From Nitrospirota bacterium (GTDB taxonomy: Bacteria > Nitrospirota > UBA9217), in assembly GCA_963790205.1 (NCBI GenBank), contig CAWBNQ010000001.1, positions 128,001 to 192,000 of the forward strand: a stretch of 64,000 nt of DNA, in the 5' to 3' direction. Both the position numbers and the translations under genes were made by a program. Every line of letters starts with the position of its first letter. The stretch's first letter is position 1. Positions 39,053 through 49,376 of the stretch are shown here, one piece after another. The notes beneath the pieces are model-generated. The model worked only from the letters and a program-made list of their open reading frames with translations. It did no database searches and was not told the origin of the DNA.

Positions 39053-39412
39053 TCATACCACCTCTTCGTCTTCCTTGCGCCACGCCGGGTCCACGATGCA
39101 GATGAACACGAGGTCCCTTGTACCCGCATTATGGATACACTGCGTCGCCTTCGGCGGGATATAGACGGTGGAACCGGGGCGAACCGGCGCTGTCTCGTCG
39201 TCGATATGCATGATGCCCTCGCCCTCTATAATATAATAGACCTCGGAGGTCTTGAGCCGGTGCCTCCACGTGGTCTGACCGGGCCGAACCACCGCGTGAG
39301 CCAGGCTGTAGCGGAGGTCGAGGCCGGCCTTGTCAGGGTGCAGGATCTCCCGCAGGATGCAGTTGTCGCCGGCGATGAATTCGTCGCAGTCTTTCAGTTC
39401 GCGTATGAGCAT
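39053..39412 (-). CDS. Cupin-2 domain protein
   Basis: H.L..SEVYYIIEGEG..G..VYIPP. Confidence 0.85.
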   Translation of the reverse strand: MLIRELKDCDEFIAGDNCILREILHPDKAGLDLRYSLAHAVVRPGQTTWRHRLKTSEVYYIIEGEGIMHIDDETAPVRPGSTVYIPPKATQCIHNAGTRDLVFICIVDPAWRKEDEEVV

Positions 39413-39435
39413 GGTTTTACTCCTTCCAACTCCTT

Positions 39436-39517
39436 CACCACGGAGGACACAGAGAAATTTTTGAGTTTAAAAGCACAATGCATCCTCGGTCATCCCCCTC
39501 TCTGTGTCCTCTGTGGT
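39436..39517. repeat. Intergenic imperfect palindrome, related to the nested palindromes at 34168-34392
   Basis: accacggaggacacagaga ... tctctgtgtcctctgtggt arms. Confidence 0.65.
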
Positions 39518-39657
39518 ATCAGTAGCGCTGATTACCAGGATTCCATGCCGTACTGTACCATAGGTCATCGGGAGTGGCAAACGGCCGCATGCCGGCAGGG
39601 TGCCCGGGCCTTGACGCGGGCATGGTGATACAGTACAATGGGACGGATATCGCACCT

Positions 39658-40446
39658 ATGGACCGTCAAGAACTGGACAACCTGAAGCAGTGGTTCTCTG
39701 ATTACTGCAGGACCTTCCGCACGCCGGACGCCGAGGACCAGCAGAACATAACCCTGAAAGAAGAGCACACCCGGCACGTCTGCGACAACATGACGGCGAT
39801 CGCGCGCGACCTGTCTCTCGACGAGGACCGCGTCATGCTCGCCGGGGCCGTCGCGCTCTTTCACGATGTCGGCAGGTTCCCGCAGTACCGGAAATACCAT
39901 ACGTTCCGGGACAGCGTCTCGGTGAACCACGCGGCCCTCGGCGCCCGGGTGCTGATCGGGAACAACGTGCTCCGGAGCGTTTTGAAGCGCGAGCGGGACC
40001 TCATCCTCCGGGCCGTAACGCTCCATAACGTCTTTGCCGTCCCCGGGGGGCTCGACCCGGATGCGCTCCTCTTTCTCAAGATGGTCCGAGACGCCGACAA
40101 GCTCGACATCTGGCGCGTGTCGCTCGAATATTACTCGCAGAACGAGGCAGAGAGGGCATCTGCCGTCGGGCTCGACCTGCCGGACACGGACGGCTATTCG
40201 CCGGAGATCCTGGAATCGCTGCGCCGCAAAGAGATGGTGCAGATGTCGGCGCTCAGGACCCTGAATGATTTTAAGCTCCTGCAGCTCGCCTGGATTTTCG
40301 ACCTCAACTTCGCCGCCTCGCTGCGGATGGTCGCGGAGCGGCGCACCATCGACCGGCTGGCCTCTTTTCTACCCGATGCCGAAGAAATCAGGAACGCCGT
40401 GGACTTTGTGCGGGGCTATGCAGCGGGACGTCTTTGCGGGACCTGA
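39658..40446 (+). CDS. HD-domain protein
   Basis: LKEEHT, FHDVGRFPQY, HN, RDADKLDI. Confidence 0.85.
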   Translation: MDRQELDNLKQWFSDYCRTFRTPDAEDQQNITLKEEHTRHVCDNMTAIARDLSLDEDRVMLAGAVALFHDVGRFPQYRKYHTFRDSVSVNHAALGARVLIGNNVLRSVLKRERDLILRAVTLHNVFAVPGGLDPDALLFLKMVRDADKLDIWRVSLEYYSQNEAERASAVGLDLPDTDGYSPEILESLRRKEMVQMSALRTLNDFKLLQLAWIFDLNFAASLRMVAERRTIDRLASFLPDAEEIRNAVDFVRGYAAGRLCGT

Positions 40447-40508
40447 GGATGTTTTCCCCGTGCGCCGCAGGCATTTTCCTCCTCAGTCGGGCACAGGCCC
40501 CTTGCTGA

Positions 40509-41348
40509 TCATTCACGTTTATAATACCAGGACAGCGCCTTCTGAAGGTTCCGGACGATGTCCTCTTTCGCGTTGATGATAAAGATCCTGTCCTGGACGG
40601 TGAAAAGCTCACGCTCCATGCGCGTGACCGCGGGCGGATAGGGCGACCGTCGCGCAAGCTCCGCTTCGAACATGGGTACGATCTTGTCCTGCATTCTGAG
40701 CTCCGTGTCCATCAGGAATACCGCGATCTCGGGCGAGAGGTCCTCGACCCGGTCGAGAAACGCGGCGATCTCGCTGTCGTAGATCTGCTTCGGAGGCGAC
40801 GATTTCACCTCGACGTAGAAAAGCGAGCCGTCGAACTTCGCGATCACATCGTAATCCCCTCCCACCTTCGGCCGCTTGAACTTCACGCCCCACGCCGCCT
40901 CCGAGCCAAGCTCCCGGGTAAACACCTGGGCGACATACCATTCAAGCGTTTCGCCGAAGCTCTTGACCGGCCCTTTGGCGAGGACGTAGCCGTTCGTCTT
41001 TTTTTGCAGGAGCCTGATGGACAGGAGATAGTCAAGATATTTTTTTGTGACGCCCGGGGTCGCGTACCGCGTCACCTGTTCGGAGGCGAACGGTTCTTGC
41101 TGCTTGATCACGTCTCGAAGAAGGAGCCGGAACGAGTATTTGTGCATCATCCGGTAATAACCGGCCTGAAATTTCCCGGCAGGGACCAGCAGGTCTTCGG
41201 AAGGTTCCTTCTTGTAGATCGTGAAACCGCGCCGCTTGAGGAATACGTTGAGACCGGAGGTAAGGCGGTTGATCGCTGCGCGAAGTCGTTTGACTTCTTT
41301 TCTCAGATAGGCGAGCTCTTCGCGGGTCTTGACGTCACGGGCAGGCAT
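40509..41348 (-). CDS. Hypothetical protein with a PD-(D/E)xK-like nuclease domain
   Basis: LEWYV...GDYDVIA..YVEVKSS spacing. Confidence 0.6.
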   Translation of the reverse strand: MPARDVKTREELAYLRKEVKRLRAAINRLTSGLNVFLKRRGFTIYKKEPSEDLLVPAGKFQAGYYRMMHKYSFRLLLRDVIKQQEPFASEQVTRYATPGVTKKYLDYLLSIRLLQKKTNGYVLAKGPVKSFGETLEWYVAQVFTRELGSEAAWGVKFKRPKVGGDYDVIAKFDGSLFYVEVKSSPPKQIYDSEIAAFLDRVEDLSPEIAVFLMDTELRMQDKIVPMFEAELARRSPYPPAVTRMERELFTVQDRIFIINAKEDIVRNLQKALSWYYKRE

Positions 41349-41450
41349 AGGAAGTAGCCGGGCGGCGGATATAGAAACAGGGGCCGCCCCTCACGCTTGA
41401 TTGATTATAACATAATAAGGGCGGAGGAAACGCCGGGAGACCTGTTGTTA

Positions 41451-41933
41451 TCACCTGGCACCTGCTTCCTGCTTCTTCTCAGCGAGCCGGACATCCCTTC
41501 TTCGCCTGGCCTCGATGTTTCTTCTCCGTTCCTCTTCCGTTTCCAGAATGAGCGGGGGCACTTCCCGCGGTTTTCCATTCAGGTCGATCGCAACATAGGT
41601 CAGATACGCTGACGCCGCGTGGCGCACCACCCCGGTGATCAGGTTCTCCGCTTCCACGCGAACGCCGATCTCCATGGAAGTTTTGCCCACGAGGTTCAGG
41701 CTCGCCTTGAAGAACAGGACATCGCCGACGAAAACAGGATTGTGAAAATCCATCCGGTCAATGGAGGCGGTGACCACGTTGCTCCGCGAGTGCCGCGCCG
41801 CCACCACACCCGCCGCCTCGTCGATGATCTTGACGACAACGCCGCCGTGCACGTTGCCGGCGGGGTTCGCGTCCAGGGGTATCATCATCTGGGCCATGGT
41901 GACGCTGCTGTCCTTTACTCGCTTCCCTTCCAT
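41451..41933 (-). CDS. Acyl-CoA thioesterase (hotdog fold)
   Basis: DANPAGNVHGG, VTASID, VGKTSMEIGV. Confidence 0.92.
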   Translation of the reverse strand: MEGKRVKDSSVTMAQMMIPLDANPAGNVHGGVVVKIIDEAAGVVAARHSRSNVVTASIDRMDFHNPVFVGDVLFFKASLNLVGKTSMEIGVRVEAENLITGVVRHAASAYLTYVAIDLNGKPREVPPLILETEEERRRNIEARRRRDVRLAEKKQEAGAR

Positions 41934-41988
41934 TGTGTGCGCTCCTTCCTGTTCTGAAGACGGCCGCCGTCCTGCCGCGGCCGGAAAA

Positions 41989-43122
41989 CTATTTTTCTTC
42001 GTCCCCAAGATCCAGCTTTACCGAGAGAAGGCCCATGATGTCCTTGAGCGTAATAATGCCAATGAGCCGGCCGTCCTCAACGACCATGAGCCTGCTGTTT
42101 CCCGTCCGGCTCATGACCCCGAGCGCTTTTATCGCATCTTCGCCGGGTCCTATGGTATTTTCCGGAGAACACCGGACCGCGACCTCGCCCACGGTCCGGC
42201 TGCCCCACTCCCCCTGCGGGACCTCTTTCACCATGCGCGTCGTGATGCAACCCAGGAGCGATCCTCTTTCGACGACAGGAAACATTTTAAAGTGGTATTG
42301 GTACATATAACCTTCTACGAGGTCCTTCAGTGAGATGGAGCCGGGAGCGGTCACGGGCTCCTTGTTCATGAACTGCCGGACCGTTCCTCCTTCGAGCGCC
42401 TTGCGCATGATGACCTGTTGATAGGACATCCGGGCCGCATTCCCCAGGAACAGGCCTATCATGAATTGCCAGATGCCCCCGATGACGTTTCCGCGCAAGA
42501 CGTTCAGGATGCCCAGGAAGATCAGGACGGTCCCGAAAAATGAGCCTATCTTCGACGCGATACGGGTCGCCCACCGGAAGTTCTTCTTCCACTGCCAGAG
42601 CGCCGCGCGCAGCACGCGTCCGCCGTCCAGGGGAAAGGCCGGCAGCAGATTGAACCCCGCAAGGATAAAATTGATGACCGTCAGATACTCGAGCACGCCG
42701 GCGGCCGGGTCCGGCAGCCACGCCTCGCCGGTCGTGGCGACCGCGTACCCGATGGTCCCGAGAAGGATGCTGGACAGCGGGCCGGCAACGGCCATGAAAA
42801 ATTCAGCCTTCGGGCTCGGCGGTTCTTCGTCCATCTCGGCGACGCCGCCGAAAATGAACAGCGTGATGCCCTTCATGGGCAGCCCGAACCGGCGCGCAAC
42901 AAGGGAGTGGCAAAGTTCGTGAAAGATGATGGACGCGAACATGCCGAGGGCGCCCGCCGCGCCCATGGACCAATACATGAAGGAGGAAAGTTTTTCGTAG
43001 TGATAGGGGAAGTAGCCGCGGGCAAGGGACCAAGTAATGAGCAGCGCCAGCACCAGCCAGCTCATATCGACATAGACCGCGAACCCCAGAAGCTTGAACA
43101 GCCTGATGCGCCTGCCGAACAT
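41989..43122 (-). CDS. Site-2 protease (M50) with a CBS pair
   Basis: HELCH, FNLLPAFPLDGGR, C-terminal CBS domains. Confidence 0.92.
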   Translation of the reverse strand: MFGRRIRLFKLLGFAVYVDMSWLVLALLITWSLARGYFPYHYEKLSSFMYWSMGAAGALGMFASIIFHELCHSLVARRFGLPMKGITLFIFGGVAEMDEEPPSPKAEFFMAVAGPLSSILLGTIGYAVATTGEAWLPDPAAGVLEYLTVINFILAGFNLLPAFPLDGGRVLRAALWQWKKNFRWATRIASKIGSFFGTVLIFLGILNVLRGNVIGGIWQFMIGLFLGNAARMSYQQVIMRKALEGGTVRQFMNKEPVTAPGSISLKDLVEGYMYQYHFKMFPVVERGSLLGCITTRMVKEVPQGEWGSRTVGEVAVRCSPENTIGPGEDAIKALGVMSRTGNSRLMVVEDGRLIGIITLKDIMGLLSVKLDLGDEEK

Positions 43123-43233
43123 CACCGGCCTCCTCGTGCGCGAGAGCTTCTACTTCTTTAATAGTATAACAGATGCAGTAATTTACTTGCGGTTTTTTTT
43201 GATTTGCCGGGCAATGTCAACTTCATTCTCAGG

Positions 43234-43264
43234 AAAAAAGGCTTAGAGAATTTCTCTAAGCCTT
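43234..43264 (-). terminator. Terminator of tmRNA
   Basis: aaggcttagaga/tctctaagcctt stem with a T tail on the minus strand. Confidence 0.8.
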
Positions 43265-43290
43265 CCTAAACCGCAGATCAATCATTTAAT

Positions 43291-43645
43291 TGGTGGAGGC
43301 GGTGGGATTCGAACCCACGTCCGAAAACCGTCAGCCAGAAGCTCATACATGCTTATCCCCTCATTTACAGCTTTCGCCTCATCCGGCGCCTCAGGGAGAG
43401 CTTCGGAATCGGCCAGCCCGGTTTTTCTTATCTTCCCGCCCCGGACGACGTCGGGAAGACCAGCCTGGTTTGTGACGTCTCTGCGGCTGTTCAGGCGCCG
43501 GCCGCGAAACGCGCTGACTAGTTAATTAGGCAGCGTATGCCAGTTCGTTATTGGCAGTTCTATTTTGCCATGTGTTTTACGAGCCCCATGGCACCTCGGC
43601 ATGCAACTCCTGACCTCTGTGTCCCCGTCGAAACCTGTCGCCCCC
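43291..43645 (-). ncRNA. ssrA: tmRNA; tag (A)ANNELAYAA encoded at 43526-43555
   Basis: 5' GGGGGCGACAGGTTTCGAC, 3' T-arm GGTTCGAATCCC and CTCCACCA; tag ORF ending AA-stop; about 355 nt. Confidence 0.95.
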
Positions 43646-43825
43646 TTTTTTGGTGATACAGTTTTGAGTTCATACTTTTTAGTCCGGAGTACGGCAGAAA
43701 AGTACCTGAACTGCAAGGTTTCACTCTGAACTCTGCGCTCCGAACTCCTAACTGATATATATTACTCTATTTGCCCTCAAGATTCAACAGGCTTTCCGCA
43801 TCTCGTGGGTCGCCGCTGTGTGATA

Positions 43826-45334
43826 TCACGATGTTGAAGGCTCGGCATTTTTCCTCTTCGCCATACTGTCCACCGCGGAAAACCCCTTTCTGGCAGCCTC
43901 CGAAGCCGGATCTTTTTTCAATGCTTCCCTGAACTGGGACAGCGCAAGCGTTTTACGTCCGTACCGTAAATAGAAGTTGCCGAGCTCAAGGTGATACTCT
44001 GTTTTAGGATTGAGCTTGAGAGCCGTCTTAAGACTTTCTTCCGCATCACGTCCGCGCTGCGGTATCTTCTCCAGCGCGAGGCCGTTATAGTAGAAGTAAG
44101 CGGCATTATCCGGGTCGAAGGTGCAGGCCCAGGCGAAGGAGCCTTCCGCGCTTCGGAAGTCCCCCTCTGCGTATGCCTTCATGCCTAACTCGAACTGATC
44201 GGCTGCAACGACTTTTTTATCTACTGGTTTATCCGCCTGTTCTGTTTTCGCCGTGCCTTCGCTGAGGTCACGATCGTATCGGCTGCGGCCGGCCTCATTC
44301 CCGAGAGCCTTATATGCCTCGCGAACTTTGATGAAGATCATTTCGAGTTTCTCGTTCAAATCGTTCAACGTCGAGCCGTAGTATCGGTCCGGGTGATACG
44401 CCTTGACGAGCTTTCTGTAAGCCTTTCGCAGTTCCGCTTCGGTAAAATCCCTGCTGAGGCCCAGCATTTGATAGTAATCCTGTTTTTCCATCTGTTCATA
44501 TGCCTGCAGTATCTGCCGCCTGCCTGCGGCGTCCGCGCCCGCGTCGTCGGCGCCGCCCCGTGAAGGGGCGCGCGCTTCCTTTGCTGCAGCGGCGCTCTCT
44601 GCCGGGGCATGGATCTCCCTTGTTTCCGCCATGCGGAGCACAAGGAGCGTATAGGCTGTTTTCAAAACGTCGTGATCCGCGGCGCCGGAGAGAGAGCGGA
44701 GCTCCTCAAGGGTACGGGCCCCATTGATGAGGGAATGGATTTTTTTTTGTTCCAACGGGAGATCGGAGGCCTGAAAGAGCATCTTGGCGGAAGCCCGGGC
44801 CTTTCGGAGGACGGCCCCCCGCGGGAATATCGCCCGGACCGTTTGCTCTTCGATCCGGCTTAGGCCTTCGATGATCATGTTTTTAAAACTCGCGACGCTC
44901 ATGTGAAGCGGGATGATCTCTTCCGGCCGGAGAGGCCCTTCCTCGAAGCGATACGCGCCTTGCCAGGAGAACAGGCTGAGGACGATCCCCTTGACCTGGG
45001 ACCGCGCTCCTTCGACAAGGTCGCCCGGTGTTATATAACCCAGCTTCACGAGGATCACGCCGAGTTTTTTCCCCGTCTCCATCAACGCCTCGGCAGCTTT
45101 CTCATATTGATCTTCAGTGATTTTACCATCTCGAAGCAGGCACTCGCCCAGCAGTTCCTCATCCAGCGTCGATGAGGCATAGATGATGTCGCCCTGTTTA
45201 AAAAAAACCTTCTTGAGCGCGCCCTTCAGCTCAAACACCGCAGTCCCGGTTTTCTTTCCCGTGCAAATGTCGACAAAGAGCTGAGGAATGTTGATATGGT
45301 TAATCTCTTCTGCAGTAGTGACCGTGGATTTCAT
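43826..45334 (-). CDS. DUF4388 + DnaJ + TPR protein
   Basis: KKTGT..VFFKQGDI; DYYQMLG..AYHPD J-domain; C-terminal TPRs. Confidence 0.85.
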   Translation of the reverse strand: MKSTVTTAEEINHINIPQLFVDICTGKKTGTAVFELKGALKKVFFKQGDIIYASSTLDEELLGECLLRDGKITEDQYEKAAEALMETGKKLGVILVKLGYITPGDLVEGARSQVKGIVLSLFSWQGAYRFEEGPLRPEEIIPLHMSVASFKNMIIEGLSRIEEQTVRAIFPRGAVLRKARASAKMLFQASDLPLEQKKIHSLINGARTLEELRSLSGAADHDVLKTAYTLLVLRMAETREIHAPAESAAAAKEARAPSRGGADDAGADAAGRRQILQAYEQMEKQDYYQMLGLSRDFTEAELRKAYRKLVKAYHPDRYYGSTLNDLNEKLEMIFIKVREAYKALGNEAGRSRYDRDLSEGTAKTEQADKPVDKKVVAADQFELGMKAYAEGDFRSAEGSFAWACTFDPDNAAYFYYNGLALEKIPQRGRDAEESLKTALKLNPKTEYHLELGNFYLRYGRKTLALSQFREALKKDPASEAARKGFSAVDSMAKRKNAEPSTS

Positions 45335-45437
45335 TTTCCTGTAGAGCTGATATTGATTGTCCTGGAAAAAGCATTTAACCGTGGATTAAAACGGGTAACC
45401 GCAAATGTACCAAAAACAATGAATTATTTACAAAAAT

Positions 45438-45749
45438 CTATTCCTTCCTGTTATTCAACAGCCTGCTTGCGTCTGCCTCGCTTGTGCCGTGGATCCTGAC
45501 GATCTTGTCCCGCGAGGTGTGGCCAGAGATGATCTCGACCTGCGACTTGGAAATGGAGAGCGTATCCGCGAGGAAGCGGATAAGCGCCTCATTCGCCGCG
45601 CCGTCGACCGGTGGGGCCGTGAGCCTGATCTTGAGCCCGCCGTCTTCCCTGCGGACAAGTTCGTTTTTCGAAGCGCGCGGCTGGATGCGGATCGACAGCG
45701 TGACCGCCGCTGCCGCCTTATCCCTGGGGCGGCCCGCCCTTGATTTCAT
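45438..45749 (-). CDS. yggU: DUF167/UPF0235 protein
   Basis: IQPRASK, LKIRLTAPPVDGAAN, SGHTSRDK. Confidence 0.9.
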   Translation of the reverse strand: MKSRAGRPRDKAAAAVTLSIRIQPRASKNELVRREDGGLKIRLTAPPVDGAANEALIRFLADTLSISKSQVEIISGHTSRDKIVRIHGTSEADASRLLNNRKE

Positions 45750-46197
45750 TGCCGCCTTCTTCAAAGTTCACCATCTCCATGTGCATCTGGATGACTTTTT
45801 TAATGTCCTGCAGAAAGTGGTGCTTCCGCCGCCTCAACTCCAGCAACTCCGCCTCGATCCTCGCCCTTTCCTGCTGGGCGTTCGCCGTGGTCTGCTGGCC
45901 GCGGAGCTCGGCGTCCTTCAGGAGCAGCGCGGCCTCCTTGCGGGCGTTCTCCTTCAGGTCCTCCGCCATTTTCTGGGTCATGATCATCGTGTTTTTGACC
46001 GTCTCTTCTTTTTCATGAAGCTCCCGCATGCGGTCCTCGTAGGTCTGCCGGAACTCCCGGAGTTCGGTCACCTCGCGCAGGAGCAGCTCCATATCTTCCC
46101 GCACGAGGTCGAGGAACGTTTCCACTTCGCCGCGGTCATATCCGCGAAACCCCATATGAAACCGCTTTTGCTGGATGTCGAGCGGAGTAATATTCAT
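45718..46197 (-). CDS. divIVA: DivIVA domain protein
   Basis: ITPLDI..F..FRGYD..EV..FL followed by a coiled coil. Confidence 0.88.
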   Translation of the reverse strand: MNITPLDIQQKRFHMGFRGYDRGEVETFLDLVREDMELLLREVTELREFRQTYEDRMRELHEKEETVKNTMIMTQKMAEDLKENARKEAALLLKDAELRGQQTTANAQQERARIEAELLELRRRKHHFLQDIKKVIQMHMEMVNFEEGGNEIKGGPPQG

Positions 46198-46234
46198 ACG
46201 ATTTCCTCCCCGGCCGCAGTACGCGGGCCGTCAC

Positions 46235-46534
46235 TTACCCCATCGAACGCCCGATACGAAACAGGGTATCGATCAGCGCATACTGCAGGAACATGATGAT
46301 AAGAACCGCTATGAGCGGCGAAAAGTCGATTCCCACTTTGTGAGGTGGCACAAGCTTTCTGATCGGCCTGAGCACGGGCTCCGTCAGCCGCGTGAGGATC
46401 TGGACGATCGAGTTGTAGGGGTCCGGGTTCACCCAGGAAATGAGCGCCCTGATGATTATGACCCACATATAGATGTTCAGCACCACTTCAAGAACCCTGG
46501 CAAGTCCCACTATGATATTTCCGAATACGAACAT
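46235..46534 (-). CDS. yggT: YggT family membrane protein
   Basis: SWVNPDPYN, LTEPVL.PIR, IDFSP. Confidence 0.92.
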   Translation of the reverse strand: MFVFGNIIVGLARVLEVVLNIYMWVIIIRALISWVNPDPYNSIVQILTRLTEPVLRPIRKLVPPHKVGIDFSPLIAVLIIMFLQYALIDTLFRIGRSMG

Positions 46535-46605
46535 TGTTCCTCCCGCTGTTAACCGTTTAAACGGTTCGAACCGTTCAAACGGCTCAAACCGTTATGTCTT
46601 TTCTA

Positions 46606-47418
46606 TTACTTCCCCAACTCCTTGCTTCGCGCCGTGGCCGCTTCGACCGCGTTCATGAGCGTGGCCCGGAGCTTCCCCTTTTCGAGCGCATGAAGACCTT
46701 CGATGGTCGTCCCGCCGGGAGAGGTGACCATGTCCCGGAGCTTGCCGGGATGCTCCTTGGTCTCGAGCACCATCTTCGCAGAGCCGTACACGGTCTGGGC
46801 CGCGAGCTCGAGCGCGAGCTGCCGGGGCAGTCCCGCCTTGACGCCCGCATCGGACAGCGCGTCGATGATCATGAACACATACGCGGGCCCGCTTCCCGAA
46901 AGCCCGGTCACCGCATCCATCAGTTTTTCTTCGACCACCACGGCCCTGCCCACGGAGTTGAAGATGCTCTGCGCCACGGCAAGATCTTCACCCGTCGCGT
47001 TCTTTCCGCCAGCGAGCGCTGCCGCGCCCGCGAGCACCAGCGCGGGCGTGTTCGGCATCACGCGGACCACGCGGGGATTGGCCGTGAGGGCCTTCTCGAT
47101 CCTGGCAAGCGTGATGCCGGCGGCAATGGAGATGACCAGCTTGCCGCTGCCGGCCGCCGGAGCGATCTCCTCCAGCACCTTGTCTATGACCTGGGGCTTC
47201 ACGCACAGAAGAACGACGTCGGCCTGGGACGCTGCATCCTTGTTGCTCTTTTGTACCATGATACCATAAGTCTTCTTCAGATATTCAAGCCGGTCGATCG
47301 AGATGTCGGTCACGGACATCTGGCCGGCCCTGGCCGCACCCGCGGCAAGAATGCCCTTGATGAGCGCCTCGGCCATGTTCCCGCCGCCCAGGAATGCGAT
47401 CTTTTTATCAACTGTCAT
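46606..47418 (-). CDS. proC: Pyrroline-5-carboxylate reductase
   Basis: GGGNMA, RVMPNTP, SGSGPAY, VTSPGGTT. Confidence 0.96.
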   Translation of the reverse strand: MTVDKKIAFLGGGNMAEALIKGILAAGAARAGQMSVTDISIDRLEYLKKTYGIMVQKSNKDAASQADVVLLCVKPQVIDKVLEEIAPAAGSGKLVISIAAGITLARIEKALTANPRVVRVMPNTPALVLAGAAALAGGKNATGEDLAVAQSIFNSVGRAVVVEEKLMDAVTGLSGSGPAYVFMIIDALSDAGVKAGLPRQLALELAAQTVYGSAKMVLETKEHPGKLRDMVTSPGGTTIEGLHALEKGKLRATLMNAVEAATARSKELGK

Positions 47419-47529
47419 ACACCGCCCCCCATCCTTGGCCGCAAAGATGCACAAAAAAATGTCGCGTTTTAAATCGCTTTTCTTTTTGCGCTTCTTGCGT
47501 TCTTTTGCGGCTACGGCTCTTATGTTGTT

Positions 47530-48216
47530 TCAGTTTCTTTCCCCGAATATCGCCGTGCCCACGCGCACCATGGTTGCGCCTTCTTCAACCGCGACCTCGA
47601 AGTCACCGCTCATGCCCATCGAAAGTTCGTTCATCGAGACCCCGGGGATATTTTCCTTTAGTATAGTCTCCGCCAGTTCCCGAAGCTTCCGGAAAAAGGG
47701 CCTTGCGTCCTCGGGGTTCTCCGAATACGGCGGCACGGTCATGAGGCCCTTGATCGAAATGTTCTTAAACTTCGCCGCTTCGCGAACGAGAGTCGTAACA
47801 TCCTGCATTGCAACCCCTGCCTTTGCTGCCTCGCCCGCGATGCTCACCTCGATCAAAATATTCTGGACCTTTCCGATCTTTGCCGCCTGCTTGTCGAGCT
47901 CCTTTGCGAGTTCGAGATTGTCGACGGAGTGAATAAGGTCGAAGAGTTTAACGGCATATTTCGCCTTGTTCGTCTGGAGATGTCCGATCAGGTGCCAGCG
48001 TGCCATGCGGCCGAGCTTTTCTATCTTTTCTCTGGCCTCCTGGACGCGGTTTTCTCCAAGGACCGCTGCGCCTGCCGCCACGGCATGACGGATACTCTCG
48101 ACGTCAACGGTCTTGGTCACGACAATAAGCCTGACGGAGGACGGATCGCGCCCTGCGCGCTTCGCCGCGAATGCGATCCTGTCAGTGACCGTCTTGAGGT
48201 TGTCCGCTATCGACAT
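47530..48216 (-). CDS. yggS: PLP homeostasis protein
   Basis: VTKT, GENRVQE, WHLIGHLQTNK, LSMGMSGDF, VRVGTAIFG. Confidence 0.95.
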   Translation of the reverse strand: MSIADNLKTVTDRIAFAAKRAGRDPSSVRLIVVTKTVDVESIRHAVAAGAAVLGENRVQEAREKIEKLGRMARWHLIGHLQTNKAKYAVKLFDLIHSVDNLELAKELDKQAAKIGKVQNILIEVSIAGEAAKAGVAMQDVTTLVREAAKFKNISIKGLMTVPPYSENPEDARPFFRKLRELAETILKENIPGVSMNELSMGMSGDFEVAVEEGATMVRVGTAIFGERN

Positions 48217-48342
48217 AAAAGCTTATCTCTCGCTAAGCCCGCCAAGAACGCAAAGAAAGAATAAAGGTTTTAACAGACCCTTTTAAAGCATCTGTGTTAC
48301 GAACTTCTTTGCGACCTTTGCGCCTTTGCGAGAAAACATGCT

Positions 48343-49098
48343 TCACGGTTTCAGCATTATCACCGACAGCATCCTGCCGGTCCTGCCCTCCGCGCGATAG
48401 GAGTAGAACAGGTCCTTCCGGCACGATGTGCACATGCCGACGGAATGGATGTTCTTTTCCAGCAGCCCGATCTGCATCAGTTCCATCCTGTTCGCCTTGA
48501 CCAGGTCCAGGCTCCAGCGGTCGCGTCCGCGCGGCGCCGTCACTTCCTCCCAGAACGAAAAGGCCTCCCTCACGGGGCCCATCACCGGCTCGTCCACTTC
48601 ATAGCACTCCGGCCCGATGGCCGGGCCGATGGCCGCGATCATCCGGGAAGGCTCGGAGCCGAACTCTTCGCTCATCCTGTTGATCGCTTTCTGGACGATC
48701 TTTTTGACCGTGCTCCGCCATCCCGCATGCACCGCAGCCACTGCCGGCTTTGCGGGATCGAAGAGCAGCACCGGAACGCAGTCGGCGGTCTCCACGCCGA
48801 TGGCAAGTCCGGGAACATCGGTAATCATGGCGTCGGCATGGACCGTTCGGACATTCGGGTAGTTCAATTCATCGACCTTCACGATATTTTCCCCGTGCAC
48901 CTGGTCCGCAGTGACCACGCGAGAGGTGTTGGTCCCGAATGCCGCAGCCACCACGTTCCAGTCATCAGGCATCCTGGCGCCCTTGTTTCTCCTGCCGAGG
49001 CCGTTCGCCCGCGTTGTAAATGCATGCCTGATAACGCCCGTCCGTTCCAGGGCGGGAATGGTTATATACTGAGTGTCCTTTTTTGTATCAGTTCTCAT
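48343..49098 (-). CDS. pgeF: Peptidoglycan editing factor / purine nucleoside phosphorylase YfiH
   Basis: QVHG, TADCVP, HAGWR, IGPAIG, CT, FYSYR. Confidence 0.92.
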   Translation of the reverse strand: MRTDTKKDTQYITIPALERTGVIRHAFTTRANGLGRRNKGARMPDDWNVVAAAFGTNTSRVVTADQVHGENIVKVDELNYPNVRTVHADAMITDVPGLAIGVETADCVPVLLFDPAKPAVAAVHAGWRSTVKKIVQKAINRMSEEFGSEPSRMIAAIGPAIGPECYEVDEPVMGPVREAFSFWEEVTAPRGRDRWSLDLVKANRMELMQIGLLEKNIHSVGMCTSCRKDLFYSYRAEGRTGRMLSVIMLKP

Positions 49099-49231
49099 AT
49101 CCAGGTAAATCCTGATCGGATCTCTACAAGTAGGCAAAAATTCAGCCACGAAGGCGCTAAGACGCAAAGTATAGCCTAAATTTAACCAGGAAAGCACATC
49201 TTAACAATTTTTGGTTTTCTTCGTGACTTCG

Positions 49232-49376
49232 CCTGCACCCGGCGGTTACAAGCCTGCACCCGCGTTTAAGAGCGGAACCGCGAATGCAGGGTGTGATAAC
49301 GTAGCCTGCTCTTACCTGTTGCCGCGATATGGCAACAGCAGGCTACGAAGACGCGGCCATCAACGAGTGCAGGGTG
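49232..49376. repeat. Nested miniature palindromic elements
   Basis: Outer cctgcaccc...gagtgcagggtg encloses an inner copy at 49253-49293 and gtagcctgct/agcaggctac at 49301-49346. Confidence 0.65.

Noticed and set aside
38838..39083. 81-aa ORF between the cupin and EndoQ genes
   Set aside because: No recognisable motif and it overlaps the cupin end; it may be a remnant but I cannot support that
16200..43290. Genomic island integrated at the tmRNA 3' end
   Set aside because: I saw no integrase and no duplicated tmRNA 3' end, and a terminator follows ssrA directly; a formal repeat search was not possible
43291..43330. tRNA gene
   Set aside because: The T-arm and CCA are the 3' end of tmRNA; the matching 5' end and tag ORF lie upstream
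46550..46592. CRISPR array, here or in other repeat tracts
   Set aside because: Units are 6-9 bp with no unique spacers, and no cas genes are present
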